Below are positions 24,543 through 36,107 of a stretch of 64,000 nucleotides of DNA, piece by piece. The notes beneath the pieces were generated by a model. That model saw nothing but the letters and a program-made list of their open reading frames with translations. It was not told where the DNA came from and did no database searches. Both the position numbers and the translations under genes were made by a program. The DNA lies in NCBI RefSeq assembly GCF_963921235.1, contig NC_086108.1, forward strand, positions 115,694,001-115,758,000. Direction: 5' to 3'. This stretch comes from Mobula hypostoma. Taxonomy: Eukaryota. The first letter of the stretch is position 1. Each line of letters opens with the position of its first letter.

Positions 24543-26092
24543 TGAAACACTCTGGTTTCGTTGGCTGCATAAGCCTAGGGAAGGCAATCTCTGGCTCCGC
24601 CAGACATGTGAGAGTCAGGTGCGAGCCACAATGCATACAATCAAACGATTTAGCTTTATAATTCTTAATTTGACTGAAGAGTTAGTCAAGAAAAAGCAAA
24701 AAAAGGGCCCATTTGAATGTAACAGCCTGATGTGCACAAGTTGAAGCTCACCGATCCTCCTTTGCTCTCCCAGGACTTTGATGAATCATGGCCCTGCTCT
24801 GGGTCTAATCCTACGATCTCTTCTCTCCCACGTCTTCTCTCTTCATCTCCAGCCAAACAAAAGACGCAGCTCACCCCGGTGTCAGGCACACAACATGAAA
24901 ACACACCCCCTTCATTGGACAGCTCACATTCCAAAGCACCTGTTATCTCTGATCATAACCCAAACACAGCTTCTACAGAAAGACCATTAGCAGTAAAACC
25001 TTTCCCAGGGTACTACACTCTTCCCCCCCCCGCCCCCACCAAAGTTAGTCATGTCCTCATGACATTGAGATAATTTGTCACCCCTTCATACACAGCACAA
25101 AGTGTAAATGGCAGTGAGACAGCTCACCAATGTGATAGGTGCCACACTCTGTTCCCCCACTGCTACATAGGCCAGCCTATCTGGGGGTCTCCTGACTCTT
25201 TGAGACTTCCTTACCCTACCATCTACTTCAGGTTCAGACACATGGCCAGGCCTCCCCCAGACTATCACTCGTAGCCTCTTGCAACTTGAACCCTTCTGCC
25301 ACTTGGCTGAGCCCTGCTTCATCTCTTTCCTGGTCCTGCTGAAACCCAATCTGTCCATAGATAGTCCCCCGGTTTCATCAGACTCAGCGTGAGAAGGGTT
25401 GGGAATCTCTTCCTCAATCAGTGTGGAGTTTGCAAAAGGCAGCACCCCCACTTCCTCATCCTCTGAGTCCGTATCCCACTCAGGGGCAGGGGCCAGTCTG
25501 ACATCCCCTGCTGTGGACCCTGCAGTCGCCCCGCGTTTCCGCAGAGTCCTCTTACTAGGTGTAGGTTCCAGGTCGGCTCTGGGTCAACATGCACCTCTTG
25601 TCCCAGAGGCAGAAGGTGGTTCTGATGGTGAATCTCGACAGGCCCATTCCCATCCTCTGGTTTCACCCGAAAAACTGGTACGTTTGGCATCTGACTCTCC
25701 ACTACATAGGGTGTAGCTGCCCAGTGCTCAGCCAACTTATTCTCCCCAGGCAGCCCCAAATTCCTTATGAGGACTCGGTCTCCCGGCAGGAGTTGGGAGA
25801 ACCTGAACTTTTGATCATACCTCCTCTTATTTCCTTGATTCTGCTTGGCAGCTGTGACCTCAGCTAAGTCATAAGCCCTTTTCAGCTCCCTTCTCCTATC
25901 AGACACATAATTCAGATAAGTCTTCGGTGGTAGGTCTTCCTCGCCAGTCCCAAAACAAAGATCAATGGGTAACCTCACCTCGCGTCCAAACATCAGATAA
26001 CATGGCGAGTACCTGGTAGCTTCATTTCGTGTACAGTTGTGACAGTGGACCAGCTGTACAATATGTCGACTCCACATGTTCTTGCTGATCTC

Positions 26093-26654
26093 TGTTGTGG
26101 GGTGGCTGAAATCACCGCAGAGACGGAGTCACTGGTAGATACAAAGCAGCTTCTTTATTCCACACAACAAGGTACAGCAGGCATCATACGGACTAGATGC
26201 TTTCGGTAGAAAGGTCTGCTAGCCTAATGTGGGCTTGATATTTATATGCTAAACACAAAGGCAATCACTACTTAAAAAGTAATAGACAATGCTTCCTATT
26301 GAAGCTACATACAAAATATCACACCTCCTAACTTCATCCTTTCCTTCCGACGTCAACATGCCTGGGTTGGTATCCACAGCCTTTAGGAATGCAAGTTAAG
26401 TCTACCATACATCTATGTTAGCATGGGAAATGCCAAATAAAAGACAATTAATATTTATAAAGTATAGATAATACTGTCTTTGAAACTACAGCATCTGGTC
26501 AAACTACGGCGCCAGAAGCATCCGGTATTCACCCCTTTTTAGGAAGTGCATTGTTGTGGACTCAATCCACAGTACTTTGTCAAATAGAAGTCTGGTGGCC
26601 AAAGTCATTTTAGTGTAAACGAATCATCTACTCAAAAAAAAACTCACTCTAACA
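26093..26654 (-). mobile_element. Unrelated solo LTR nested in the Gypsy integrase
   Basis: TGTTG...TAACA termini; exact TSD TCTC (26089-26092, 26655-26658); AATAAA on the minus strand near 26155. Confidence 0.85.
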
Positions 26655-27423
26655 TCTCCAACGTTCCGAGCATGTCTAACAAGGTCCGATTAAACCTCTC
26701 GGGCTGGGATCACCCAGCTGGTGATAAGCCGTAGTCTCCAAGAATGCTCAGTAACTCATGTATGAGTCTACTCTCAAAATCCTATCCCTGATCACTATGT
26801 ATCCGCCTGGGGAGGCTGTAATAAATGAAATACTTCTCCCATAACACCTTGGCCACTGTGGACGCGCTCTGATCCTTGGTAGGGAAAGCCTGAGCATATC
26901 TGGTGTAGTGATCTGTGATGGCTAAGACATTGGCCATGTTGCTGGCATCTGGCTCTTTTGACAGGAAATCCATACACACCAGGTCCAGGGGTCCATCCTT
27001 CTTTAGGTGGGACAACGGTGCAGTCCTCGTAGGCAAGGTCTTCCTCCACAAGCATCGAATGCATGACTTGCAGTACTCTTCAACCTCCCGGTTCAGTCAG
27101 GGTCAGTAGAACCGATCTCCGAGCAATCCGCAGGTCTTTTCAACCCCCAAATGTCCAGAATCATCATGAAGTGACTTCAACACAATCCTCTGATACTTCT
27201 CAGACAGAACCCGCTGGGAACACTGAGGCCAGTCCGGAGGTGATGTGACCCAGTATAGGATCTGATTCTTCAACTCCAATCTGAGCCATTCTCTCAGTAA
27301 TGGAGGCACCACAGTGGGTTTCATCTTCTCTGCTTGGACCATGTCTCCCTTTTCAACCGCTGACCAAACAGTATCAATACCCAGGTCATCTTGCTGAGCA
27401 GCTGCCACTTCCCCAGGACTCAA

Positions 27424-27524
27424 GTTAGTCCTGATGAAGGGTCTCGGCCTGAAACGTCGACTGCGCCTCTTCCTATAGATGCTGCTTGGCCTGCTGCGTT
27501 CACCAGCAACTTTGATGTGTGTTG
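27424..27524 (+). mobile_element. Single Penelope-like terminal repeat with hammerhead motif, nested in Gypsy
   Basis: AGTC-CTGATGA-AGG..CCT-GAAA-C-GTC-GACT at 27427-27462; flanking CTCAA repeats at 27419-27423 and 27525-27529. Confidence 0.85.
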
Positions 27525-28186
27525 CTCAATTCCAGTAACTGGTTTGTCTCCAGAGCAGTCAGGTTACAGTACGCTTGTGGAATGGCGTCATCAGAAGCCC
27601 CCAATTGATTTACCGCTCGATCCTGCCCTTGATTTCCCTCTGCCTTCACCGTGACGGCAAACTGGCACGTGGCTTTCACCCCTGGGGCAGGAACGGTCTC
27701 CCACTCATCGTCCCTGTCCAGCCCTTCATGTGCCTGTCGAGACAAAGCATCAGCATCAATGTTCCGGCTTCCCGGCCGGTACTTCAGGCTGAAATCATAG
27801 GCAGATAACACCACCAACCACCGATGGCCTGTGGCACCCAGTTTCGCCGAGGTCAGGATATAAGTTAGGGAATTGTTGTCTGTCCTCACCTCAAACTTGG
27901 CCCCGTAGAGGTAGTCACTCAACTTATCCACCACAGCCTATTTCAACACCAAAAGCTCCAACCTGTGATTGGATAATTTTTGTCAGAGGGTGACAGACTC
28001 CGGCTGACAAACGCAACAGATGCCAACCCGATGCCCTGATCCTGATACAGGATGCCCCCTAAGCCCTCTTGGCTAGCATCCGTATGCAGTACATACAACA
28101 ATAGGGGTCTATAAAAACCAACGCAGGCAACTGTGTCAGCAGCTCCTTCAGCGACTTAAAGGTCTCTTCACATTTCGCATCTCACT

Positions 28187-28520
28187 TTAGAAACATAGAA
28201 AACGTACAGCACAGTACAGGCCCTTCAGCTCACAAAGCTGTACCAAACATGTCCCTACCTTAGAACTATCCAGGGTTTGCCCATAGCCCTCTATTTTTCT
28301 AAGCTTCATGTAGCCATCCAGGAGTCTCTTAAAAGACCCTATCGTATCCGCCTCCACCACCGTCGCCAGCAGCCCATTCCACAAACTCACCACTCTCTGC
28401 ATAGTTAAAAAAAAAAACTTAATCCTTGTAAATCTCCTCTGCACCCTTTCTATGGTTTCCACATCCTTCCTATAGTGAGGTGACCAGAACTGAGCACAGT
28501 ACTCCAAGTGGGGTCTGACC
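28187..28520 (-). mobile_element. CR1 3' fragment nested in Gypsy
   Basis: [40 protein letters not shown] tail. Confidence 0.9.
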
Positions 28521-28975
28521 AAGTGGGCGCCATTCGTTACCCTGTTACGAATAAGCACCTCAAAATACCAGACAGCACACTGCATACAATTAAATGATTT
28601 GGCTTTATAATTCTTAATTTGACCAAAGAGTTAGAAAAGAAAAAGTTTAAAAAAAAAGGACTCATTTTAATGAAACAGTGTAATGTGCACAAGTTGGAGC
28701 TCACAGTTTTCCCTTCACCGATCCTCCTTCAATCTCCCCGGGCTTCATCGGACATGGCCCCACTCTGGGTCGAGTCCTACGACCTCTTCTCACCAGAGTC
28801 TTCTCCCTTCGTCTCCAGCTGAACAAAAGACCCAGCTCACTCTGGCACACAACACGAAAACACCCTCCCTTCACTGGACAGCTCCCATTCCAATGCACCT
28901 GTTATCTCTAACCATAACCCAAACACTGCTTCAACAGAAAGACATTAGCAGTGAAACCTTTCTCAGGGTGTTACA

Positions 28976-29745
28976 CTTTCATGTAGACGTGCTCGATGGT
29001 TGGGAGGGTTTTACCCGTGATGGACTGGGCCAAATCCACTACTTTAGAGGGATTTTCCACTCAAAGGCATTGGTGTTCCCATACCAGGCAGTAATGCAGC
29101 CAGTCAGCACACTTTCCACCACACATCCATAGAAGTTTGCCAAGGTTTTTGATGACATGCTGAACCTCTGCAGATCCCTGAGGAAGCAGAGACGTTGTCG
29201 TGCTTTCTTCACAATAATATTTATATGATGGGTCCAGGACAGATCCTCTGAGATGGTGACATCCAGGAATTTAAAGTTACTGACCCTCTCCGCCTCTGAT
29301 CCTCTGACGATTACTGGCTCGTGGACCTCTGGTTTCCATCTCCTGAAGTCTATAGTCAGCTTCTTGTTCTTATTGACATTGAGTGGGAGGTTGTTGTTGT
29401 TACACCACTCGGCCAAGTTTTCAATCTCCCTCCTGTAAGCTGATTCATCACCACCTTTGATACGGCCTGCAACAGTGGTGTCATCAGCAAACTTGTATAT
29501 GGTATTAGAGTAGCACACTCAAAATGCTGGAGTGCTGGAGGAACTCAGCAGGCCAGGCAGGATTCCTGCAGAAGGGTTTCAACTCAAAACATTGATGGTA
29601 CTCTTTTTCTAGATGTTGCCTGGCCTGCTGAGTTCTTCCAGCATTTTGTGTGTTGCTTGGATTTCAGGCATCTACAGATTTTCTCATGTTTATGGTGTTG
29701 GAACTGTATTTAGTCACACAGTCACTGGTGAAAAGTGAGAAAGTT
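28976..29745 (-). mobile_element. Rex/Babar-like LINE RT fragment containing a decayed Penelope-like inverted repeat (~29513-29690)
   Basis: YKFADDTTVAGRIKGGDESAYRREIENLAEWC...LNVNK..IDFRR...KKARQRLCFLR. Confidence 0.85.
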
Positions 29746-29890
29746 TAAATTTCTTCTTAAATTTTCCCAGTCTCACCATGAAAGAAGTGCCAATAGTGTT
29801 GTACTGTTTACTTTTTAACCTGTGTTGTAAATGCACCTTATTATTTGTTAATTTATTTGTGGTAATATTACTGTGTTGTGTGTGTGTTGT

Positions 29891-30110
29891 ATAGAAACAT
29901 AGAAACATAGAAAATAGGTGCAGGAGTAGGCCATTCGGCCCTTCGAGCCTGCACTGCCATTTATTATCATGGCTGATCATCCAACTCAGAACCCGGCCCC
30001 AGCCTTCCCTCCATACCCGCTGACCCCTGTAGCCACAAGGGCCATATCTAACTCCCTCTTAAACATAGCCAATGAACTGGCCTCAACAGTTTGCTGTGGC
30101 AGAGAGTTCC
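29891..30110 (-). mobile_element. CR1 3' tail
   Basis: Near-identical reverse complement of ~60390-60618; (TTTCTATG)n tail. Confidence 0.9.
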
Positions 30111-30482
30111 GTGTTTTTCACCTTGATCCTGGAGGAACAATGTTTGGTTTCGCTGTATACCCGTGTATGGTTGGGTGACAATGAACTTGAACTGTAACTG
30201 GTCGAGAGCCCATCCCAGATATCACACACCGATGAATGACTGTGTCGGTGTCTTGGCCTGTAGCCAGGGAAAGTGGGATCCAGTTACCAGCCTGGGAGCA
30301 GATTCCCACCCCTTCCTGTGTGTGCCAGCACTCGCAGGGCTTCTCCCCACTGGATGCAATCTCTCTCCAATGGAGAGGCAGAGCAAATCTCCACGTTCAC
30401 AGAGACTCTCCCATGTTCCTTCCTGATCAATGCTTCTGCCTGGAGAATACCTTCCAATCCTGATGGACTAACAATAGGGCTG

Positions 30483-30980
30483 TAAGTCATAGGAGCAGAA
30501 TGAGGCCATTTGGCCCATTGAGACTGCTCTGCTATTCCAACATGGCTGATTTATTACCTCTCAACCCTATTCTCCTGCCTTCTCCCTGTAACCTTTGACA
30601 CTCTGACTAATGAAGAACCTATCAACCTCTGCTTCATATACTTATACCCAAAGACCTGGCCTCCACAGCCATCTATGGCAATGAATTCCACAGATTCGCC
30701 ACTCTCTGGCTAAAGAAATTCCTTCCTAGCTCTGTTCTAAAGGGACTTCCCTCTATTCCGAGGCTGTGCTCTCTAGTCAGATTCTCCCACTACAGGAAAT
30801 ATCTTCTCCACATTCACTCTGTCTAGGCCTTTCAATATTCAATAGGTTTCAATGCGAATCCCCCCTCTTTCTTCAAACTCTGGCAAGTACAGGCTTAGAG
30901 CCATCAAATTTTCATCATATGTTCACCTTTTCATTCTAGGGATCATTGCCATGAACCTCTTCTGGACCCATTCCAATGCA
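30483..30980 (-). mobile_element. CR1 3' fragment, decayed
   Basis: CATAGGAGCAGAATGAGGCCATTTGGCCC end plus RT C-terminal remnant. Confidence 0.85.
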
Positions 30981-31217
30981 ATCAATCAGGGAACACTCAT
31001 CAGGTCGGGCAGCGTCTATGGAGAGAGAAAGAGTTAATGTCTGAGATTTGAGGAGATTTGAGTCACAGACTGAAACATGAACTGTTCTTTCTCCAGGGAT
31101 GCTGACTGACCCATGGAGTGTATGCCATAGTTGCTGTTTGACATCAGTTTGCAATAGGGGTTGTTTACATCAGTGTACCTCTGTACTGGGGAGGTACAAT
31201 CCTTTGATCAACTCTGC

Positions 31218-31570
31218 ATTTCAAAGTAAATTTATTATCAGTGTACATACATGTCACCATACACTACCCTGAGATTCATTTCCTGCAGATATTCATAGCA
31301 AATACAAAGAAGCAAAAATACCCAACAAAATAATAATCTTTATTACATTTATTTATTATTGAAAACATGAGACGAACAGTCCTTGAATAGTTCATGGGTT
31401 GTGGGAACAGCTCAACGTGTGTGAGTGAAGTTGTCTCCTCTGGTTCCGGAGCCTGATGGCTGAGGGGTAATGACTGTTCCTGAACCTGGTGGTGTGAATC
31501 CTCATACCTTCCTGATGGCAGCAGCGAGGACAGAGAATGGACTGAATGGTGGGGGGTCCTGAAGATGAAG
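31218..31570 (-). mobile_element. Rex/Babar-like LINE 3' end
   Basis: TTCAAAGTAAATTTATTATC...GTCACCATACACTACCCTGAGATT, same family as 23831; LLPSGRY remnant. Confidence 0.7.
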
Positions 31571-32149
31571 GGCAGTACTGAAGTCCTTAACTTACTGTCA
31601 TTGATTTGGGATCCGGTCACTGGGATACTTTTTAAAGATTAGCTTTATTATATAGCTACAAAGAACATACAACATACAGTAGGAATGCAGGCACTTCGGC
31701 CCACAATATTGTGCCAATATTTTAACCTACTCCCAGGTCAATCTGAACCCTCCTTTCCCACATAGCCTTTCATTTTGCTTTCATCCATGTGGCTATCTAA
31801 GAGCCTCTTCAATGTCTCTGATATATCTGCCTCGACCACCACCACGGGCAGCATGTTCCATGCTTCCACCAGTCTCTACCTCTGACTCTGAAGTTATGCC
31901 TCCTCGGTTATACCCCAGCAAATCCTACCATCCAGAGTACAAGTCCTATACTGGTTTGACTTTCCTTAATTACCACCTTGCATTTACTTGTATTGAAATC
32001 CTTTCACTCCTCCACCCATTCCCTAACTGATCGCAAATCACCTGTAATCTACAATAACCACCTTTACTACCAACACCACCTCTGAATTTTGTGTCATTTG
32101 CAAACCGACTGATCAAACCACATCCAAGTTATTTATAAAAGTGATGAGT

Positions 32150-32606
32150 AACCAGCAACACACACAAAATGCTGGAGGAACTCAGCAGGCCAGGCAGCAT
32201 CAGTACTGTCGATGTCTCAGGCAGAGACACTTCAGGACGGTGGGAGAAAGGCGTCTCATTACTGACCCCTATGGTATATCACTACTTCCCAGCACTTATT
32301 CCAAGAAACAACCTTCAACTAGCACCCTCTGTTTCCCATCTCTGAGTCAATATTGGACTCAGCTGAACACACAAAACACTGGAGGAGCTCAGCAGGCTCT
32401 TCCTGCAGTTCATGGGCCCTAACCAAGGCCTTGTTAAAGACCAAACAGACAACATCCACTGTCCCAGCTTCGTCTACCCTTTTGGCTACTTCTTCAAAGA
32501 CTCTACGACACAGGAGGTGTTATAGAGCAACACACACCTGGTGAAGGGCCTTGGCCTGAAATGTCGACTGTTTATTCATTTCTGTAGATGCTGTCTGATG
32601 AGTTCC

Positions 32607-32647
<41 letters not shown>

Positions 32648-32788
32648 CATGGCTTTCCATGAATGAAGCCATGCTGACTGCTCCTAACCAGGCTCTTTCT
32701 GAGATGCTGCCTGGCCTGCTGCGTTCACCAGCATTTTTTGTATGTGTTGCTTGAAATTCCAGCATCTGCAGGTTTCCTCGTGTTTGCA
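32150..32788. mobile_element. Cluster of decayed Penelope-like repeat fragments with a (TG)n microsatellite at 32609-32645
   Basis: CAAAATGCTGGAGGAACTCAGCAGGCCAGGCAGCATC, CCTGGTGAAGGGCCTTGGCCTGAAATGTCGAC and GATGCTGCCTGGCCTGCTGCGTTCACCAGC pieces. Confidence 0.75.
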
Positions 32789-33309
32789 TCTTTCTGACTT
32801 TCTTCTGTGCTGTGGGGCTCTGTAACCGTCAGACAGGTCTGCAAGGATCCCAGAGCCAAGGTTGGAAGGTACGAAAGCTCTTCCTAACTTAACAAGGGAT
32901 TCTCCATCACGAATGGTGTGGGATTTTGGTCTAACACCTCTGTCCTTTCTCCTCCTGCTGTTGCCAGATGTTGGGAACATCTGCCGTCTGCCCACTGGCC
33001 TGAACCAGCAGCTGCTCTTGGCATCACCTTGCCTGAGAGATATTTTTCAGCTGGATGGTGGAACAATTCCTCGGTTGTCAGGGGGCCGAATCACCTGTGG
33101 CCTGAACAACATCTTTTCCTCATCAAAAATCAAGGCAGGCAACTTCCCTCGCCTGGGATCTTCCTGTGCTCCACTTTCTGCCTTTGTTATAACACTGACT
33201 ACACTTCAAATACATTTCTCTGTGTGTTCAAGGCCTCTGGGACGTCCTGGGCTGGTGCGAGGTGCTATTGAAATGCAAATCTCTCTTCTTCTCCTTTCTT
33301 GTCTGGCAG

Positions 33310-33402
33310 CTCCTGACTTCGGCAGCGCTCACTCCAACAGACTCTCCGAGATCAAACCCTCTCGCTCCCCGCCAGTCACTGCGAAATCTCTCTCACTCAA
33401 AG
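33310..33402 (+). CDS. Candidate host exon A (93 bp, phase 1-1)
   Basis: Acceptor CTCTCTTCTTCTCCTTTCTTGTCTGGCAG; donor AAG|GTTCTG (alternative GTGAGT at 33411); PDFGSAHSNRLSEIKPSRSPPVTAKSLSLK. Confidence 0.3.
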
Positions 33403-33481
33403 GTTCTGTTGTGAGTTTGAGCTCGGAGGATGATAAGGTTCTGTGTAGTCACAGAAACAAAGCTTTCTCCTCTCTCTGCAG

Positions 33482-33613
33482 GACCCCGACACGCTCAGAT
33501 TACAGATCACACGCGCCCAGAAATGATGCGGTTTAATACCTTGGTCACGCAGGAAGCCCAGAGACACGGACGGCTGCCGGAGGTGTTCCAGGCGATGAAT
33601 TTACCATGTGGGT
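33482..33613 (+). CDS. Candidate host exon B (126 or 132 bp, phase 1-1)
   Basis: Acceptor CTTTCTCCTCTCTCTGCAG; donors GTGGGT (33608) or GTAAGC (33614); GPRHAQITDHTRPEMMRFNTLVTQEAQRHGRLPEVFQAMNLP. Confidence 0.35.
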
Positions 33614-33754
33614 GTAAGCCATGGTCACAGACCTGCAGCCTAATGAGCTGACAGCAGGGCAGAGGTGCAGAGTCACTCCGAACACAGCAGCCCCTTTGGC
33701 CCATCGACTTCCTGCTGACCACCAAATGTCAATTTACACTAGTTTTTGACTCAC

Positions 33755-34150
33755 CTGGGGTGGCAGGTTGGTGATACATCTCTACCAAAGGAGATGTAAG
33801 GCCACGCTAGGCTGCAGGTCACTCTTGGGCAAGGTGAAGTGTCTGCTGAGTTTGACCCCCGATCAGGGTCACGTGAAGACATTGGAGCAGGTGGTGGATG
33901 GTCGTGTGAGAAGCTGGTGTATATCACAAGTCCTGGTTAAGTGACCACTGATGCCAGGCATTAGTGCATTAATAATGGATGAGGTCACCCATCTTGTAAA
34001 GACACTGCCCAGGAGAAGGCGATGGCAAACCACTTCTGTAGAAACATCTGCCAAGAACAATCATAGCCATGAGGCCATGATTGCGCATGCCATGCAACAT
34101 GGCACATAATGATGATGTCATACACCACAGCACATAATGATGATGATGAG
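33755..34150 (+). mobile_element. RTE-related non-autonomous retroelement fragment
   Basis: GAAGGCGATGGCAAACCACTTCTGTAGAA...TGCCAAGAACAATCAT resembles RTE/BovB-type motifs; (TGA)n tail present twice. Confidence 0.55.
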
Positions 34151-34934
34151 ACCCACCCAATACAGAAACAGGCCCTTTTTGTGAATTAAAACTAAATGAA
34201 ACAAGTGATAGTATCTGGGTCTTGGTAAATCCTGGATTTACCGCACATTCCCAAATAAAGGCTTCAAGCAGATCTGAGGAAGAATTCTTGCCCTGGGGGA
34301 GGAATGCATAGCCTAAGGGGAAGGTGGGGGCAGAGACCCTCACAACATTGAACAAGTATCTGGATGGGTACTTGAATCACCATACGTAGAAGGACATGTA
34401 CCAAGTGCTGGGGAGTGGGCTGGTGTGGGTGGATATTAGTAAGTTAGACCAAAGGGTCTGTCTCTGTGGTGGATAATTCCATGAGTCTCTAACTGTCCTT
34501 GAGAAGGTGGGAGCAAGATGTTTCCTTGAACCACGAGAGTCTATGTGAGGGAGGTGCTACCATGGTGCTGTCTGAAAGGGAGTTCTAGGGTTTGGACCCA
34601 GTGACAGTGATTCATGTCCGAGTCAGGGCGGTGGGTAATCCTGAGGGGCATCTGTGGCTGGTGGTGCCTACTGCACCCACATCCACAGAAACAGAGAGGA
34701 GTGTTCCCCTTCAGTCCTGCCCCAATATTCAACCTGACCTTGGCTGCTAAATCATTGCTCCCACCTTCACCCCAGGGGCATGAAGTAACACGTCACCCTC
34801 CCGATTGACTACTGCACTGCTCTCTGCATCAGTGAGTTCCACCGGTTCACCACCTCTGGCTGAAGGTCATTCCGTTAGAATGCCAAGCAATGTATTGGTG
34901 GAATCACAAAGAAGGCTATATCTGACTATATTTC

Positions 34935-35600
34935 ATTAGGAGTTGAGGAGAATTGATACGTCATCAAAGACTCTTGCAAACTTCTGCAGATGAACTGGTT
35001 GCATCACCAACAAGTGAAAATCTGCAGATGCTGGAAATCCAAGCAACATATGCAAAATACTCCAGTCTTGATGAAAGGTCTCGGCCAGAACGTCGACTGC
35101 ACTCTTTTCCATGGATGCTGCCTGGCCTGCTGAGTTCCTCCAGCACCTTGTCTGGTATGGAGGACCACAGCACAAGATTGGAAAAACTGCAGGAAGTTGT
35201 AAACTCAGCCGGCTCCAGTCTGGGCTCTAGCCTCCGCAGTACTGAGGACACCATCGAAGAGTGATGCCTCAGAAAGGTGGCATCGATCATTTAGGGCCCC
35301 CATCACGCAGGACATGCCCTCTTCTCATTGCTACCATCAAGGAGGAGCTACAGGAGCCTGTATTCACACACTTAGTGTTTCAGGAACAGCTTCTTCCCCT
35401 CTGCCATCAGATTTCTGAATGGACAATGAACTGATGAACATGTATCTCACTACTTTTTATATTGCTATCTTTTTGTACAACATAACACTATATATTTCCT
35501 ACTTTAAATTATTGTCTTTTAAAAATATCCGTATTGCAATGTACTGCTGCTATAGAGCAACATCTTTCATGACATATGGCAGTGATATTAAAATGATTCT
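34935..35600 (+). mobile_element. Rex/Babar-like LINE 3' part with nested Penelope-like repeat (~35010-35148)
   Basis: KTLANFCR, LEKLQEVVNSA, LLPSRRSYRSL, FRNSFFPSAIRFLN remnants; insert contains CTTGATGAAAGGTCTCGGCCAGAACGTCGAC. Confidence 0.75.
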
Positions 35601-35682
35601 GAAACGGTACTCCCCATATCCCAACCAGTCAGCCAAGTCCAGCACTTCCAACTGTCGGTTAAACCCTGCCTTACCATAGGTC

Positions 35683-36107
35683 TATAAGACACAGGAGCAG
35701 AGTTAGGCCATTTGGCCAATCGAGTCTGCTCCACCATTCAAACAAAACCGATCCTCTTTTTCTATCTCCTCCTCAACCCCAGTTCCCGGCCTTCTCCCCG
35801 TAACCTTTGATACCATGTCCAATCAAGAACCTATCAATCTCTGCCTTAAATACACCAAACAGCCTGGCTGCATGTAGCAACAAATTCCACAATTTCACCA
35901 CCCTTTGGCTAAAGAAATTTCTCTGCTTGTCTGTTTTGAATGGACGCCCCTCTATCTTGAGGCTGTGCCCTCTTGTCCTAGACTCTCCCACCATGAGGTA
36001 TCCTTTCCACATCTACTCTGTCTCGGCCTTTCAACATTTGAAAGGTTTCAATAAGATCCCCCCCTTATCCTCCTGAATTCCAGTGGGTACAGACACAGAG
36101 CCATCAA
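35683..36107 (-). mobile_element. CR1 3' fragment (continues at ~40085-40137)
   Basis: MVGESRTRGHSLKIEGRPFKT...; the sequence resumes after the plus-strand CR1. Confidence 0.88.

Larger units (their letters stand above)
24543..28975 (-). mobile_element. Gypsy/Ty3 LTR retrotransposon, decayed (LTRs 24543-25017 and ~28520-28975; RNase H and integrase remnants)
   Basis: Two related LTRs; PPT complement CTCTTCCCCCCCCC at 25018; LYGAKFEVRTDNNSLTY...NIDADALSR; LHDDSGHLGVEKT; LVCMDFL...DHYTRYAQAFPTKDQ...IHSDQG; YSPCYLMFGRE; gag, protease and RT deleted. Confidence 0.92.

Noticed and set aside
28524..28533. TGGCGCCC (minus) as the Gypsy primer-binding site
   Set aside because: Not adjacent to a clear LTR terminal CA, and it sits at a CR1 junction; may be LTR-internal.
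24538..28980. TSD for the Gypsy element
   Set aside because: Flanks CACTC and CTTTC match at only 3 of 5 positions; not claimed.
29560..29600. Functional hammerheads in the older Penelope copies (also ~32538 and ~35067)
   Set aside because: Core nucleotides are mutated (CTGCAGA, CTGGTGA, TTGATGA/AGAA); treated as decayed.
30200..30490. Unique segment with apparent donor GTAAGT as an exon
   Set aside because: The donor is part of the adjacent CR1 tail; no convincing frame.
32862..33536. 224-aa plus-strand ORF as a single-exon gene
   Set aside because: Non-ATG start, no recognisable domain, and it runs through polypyrimidine tracts that look like splice acceptors; only the exon-like parts were kept.
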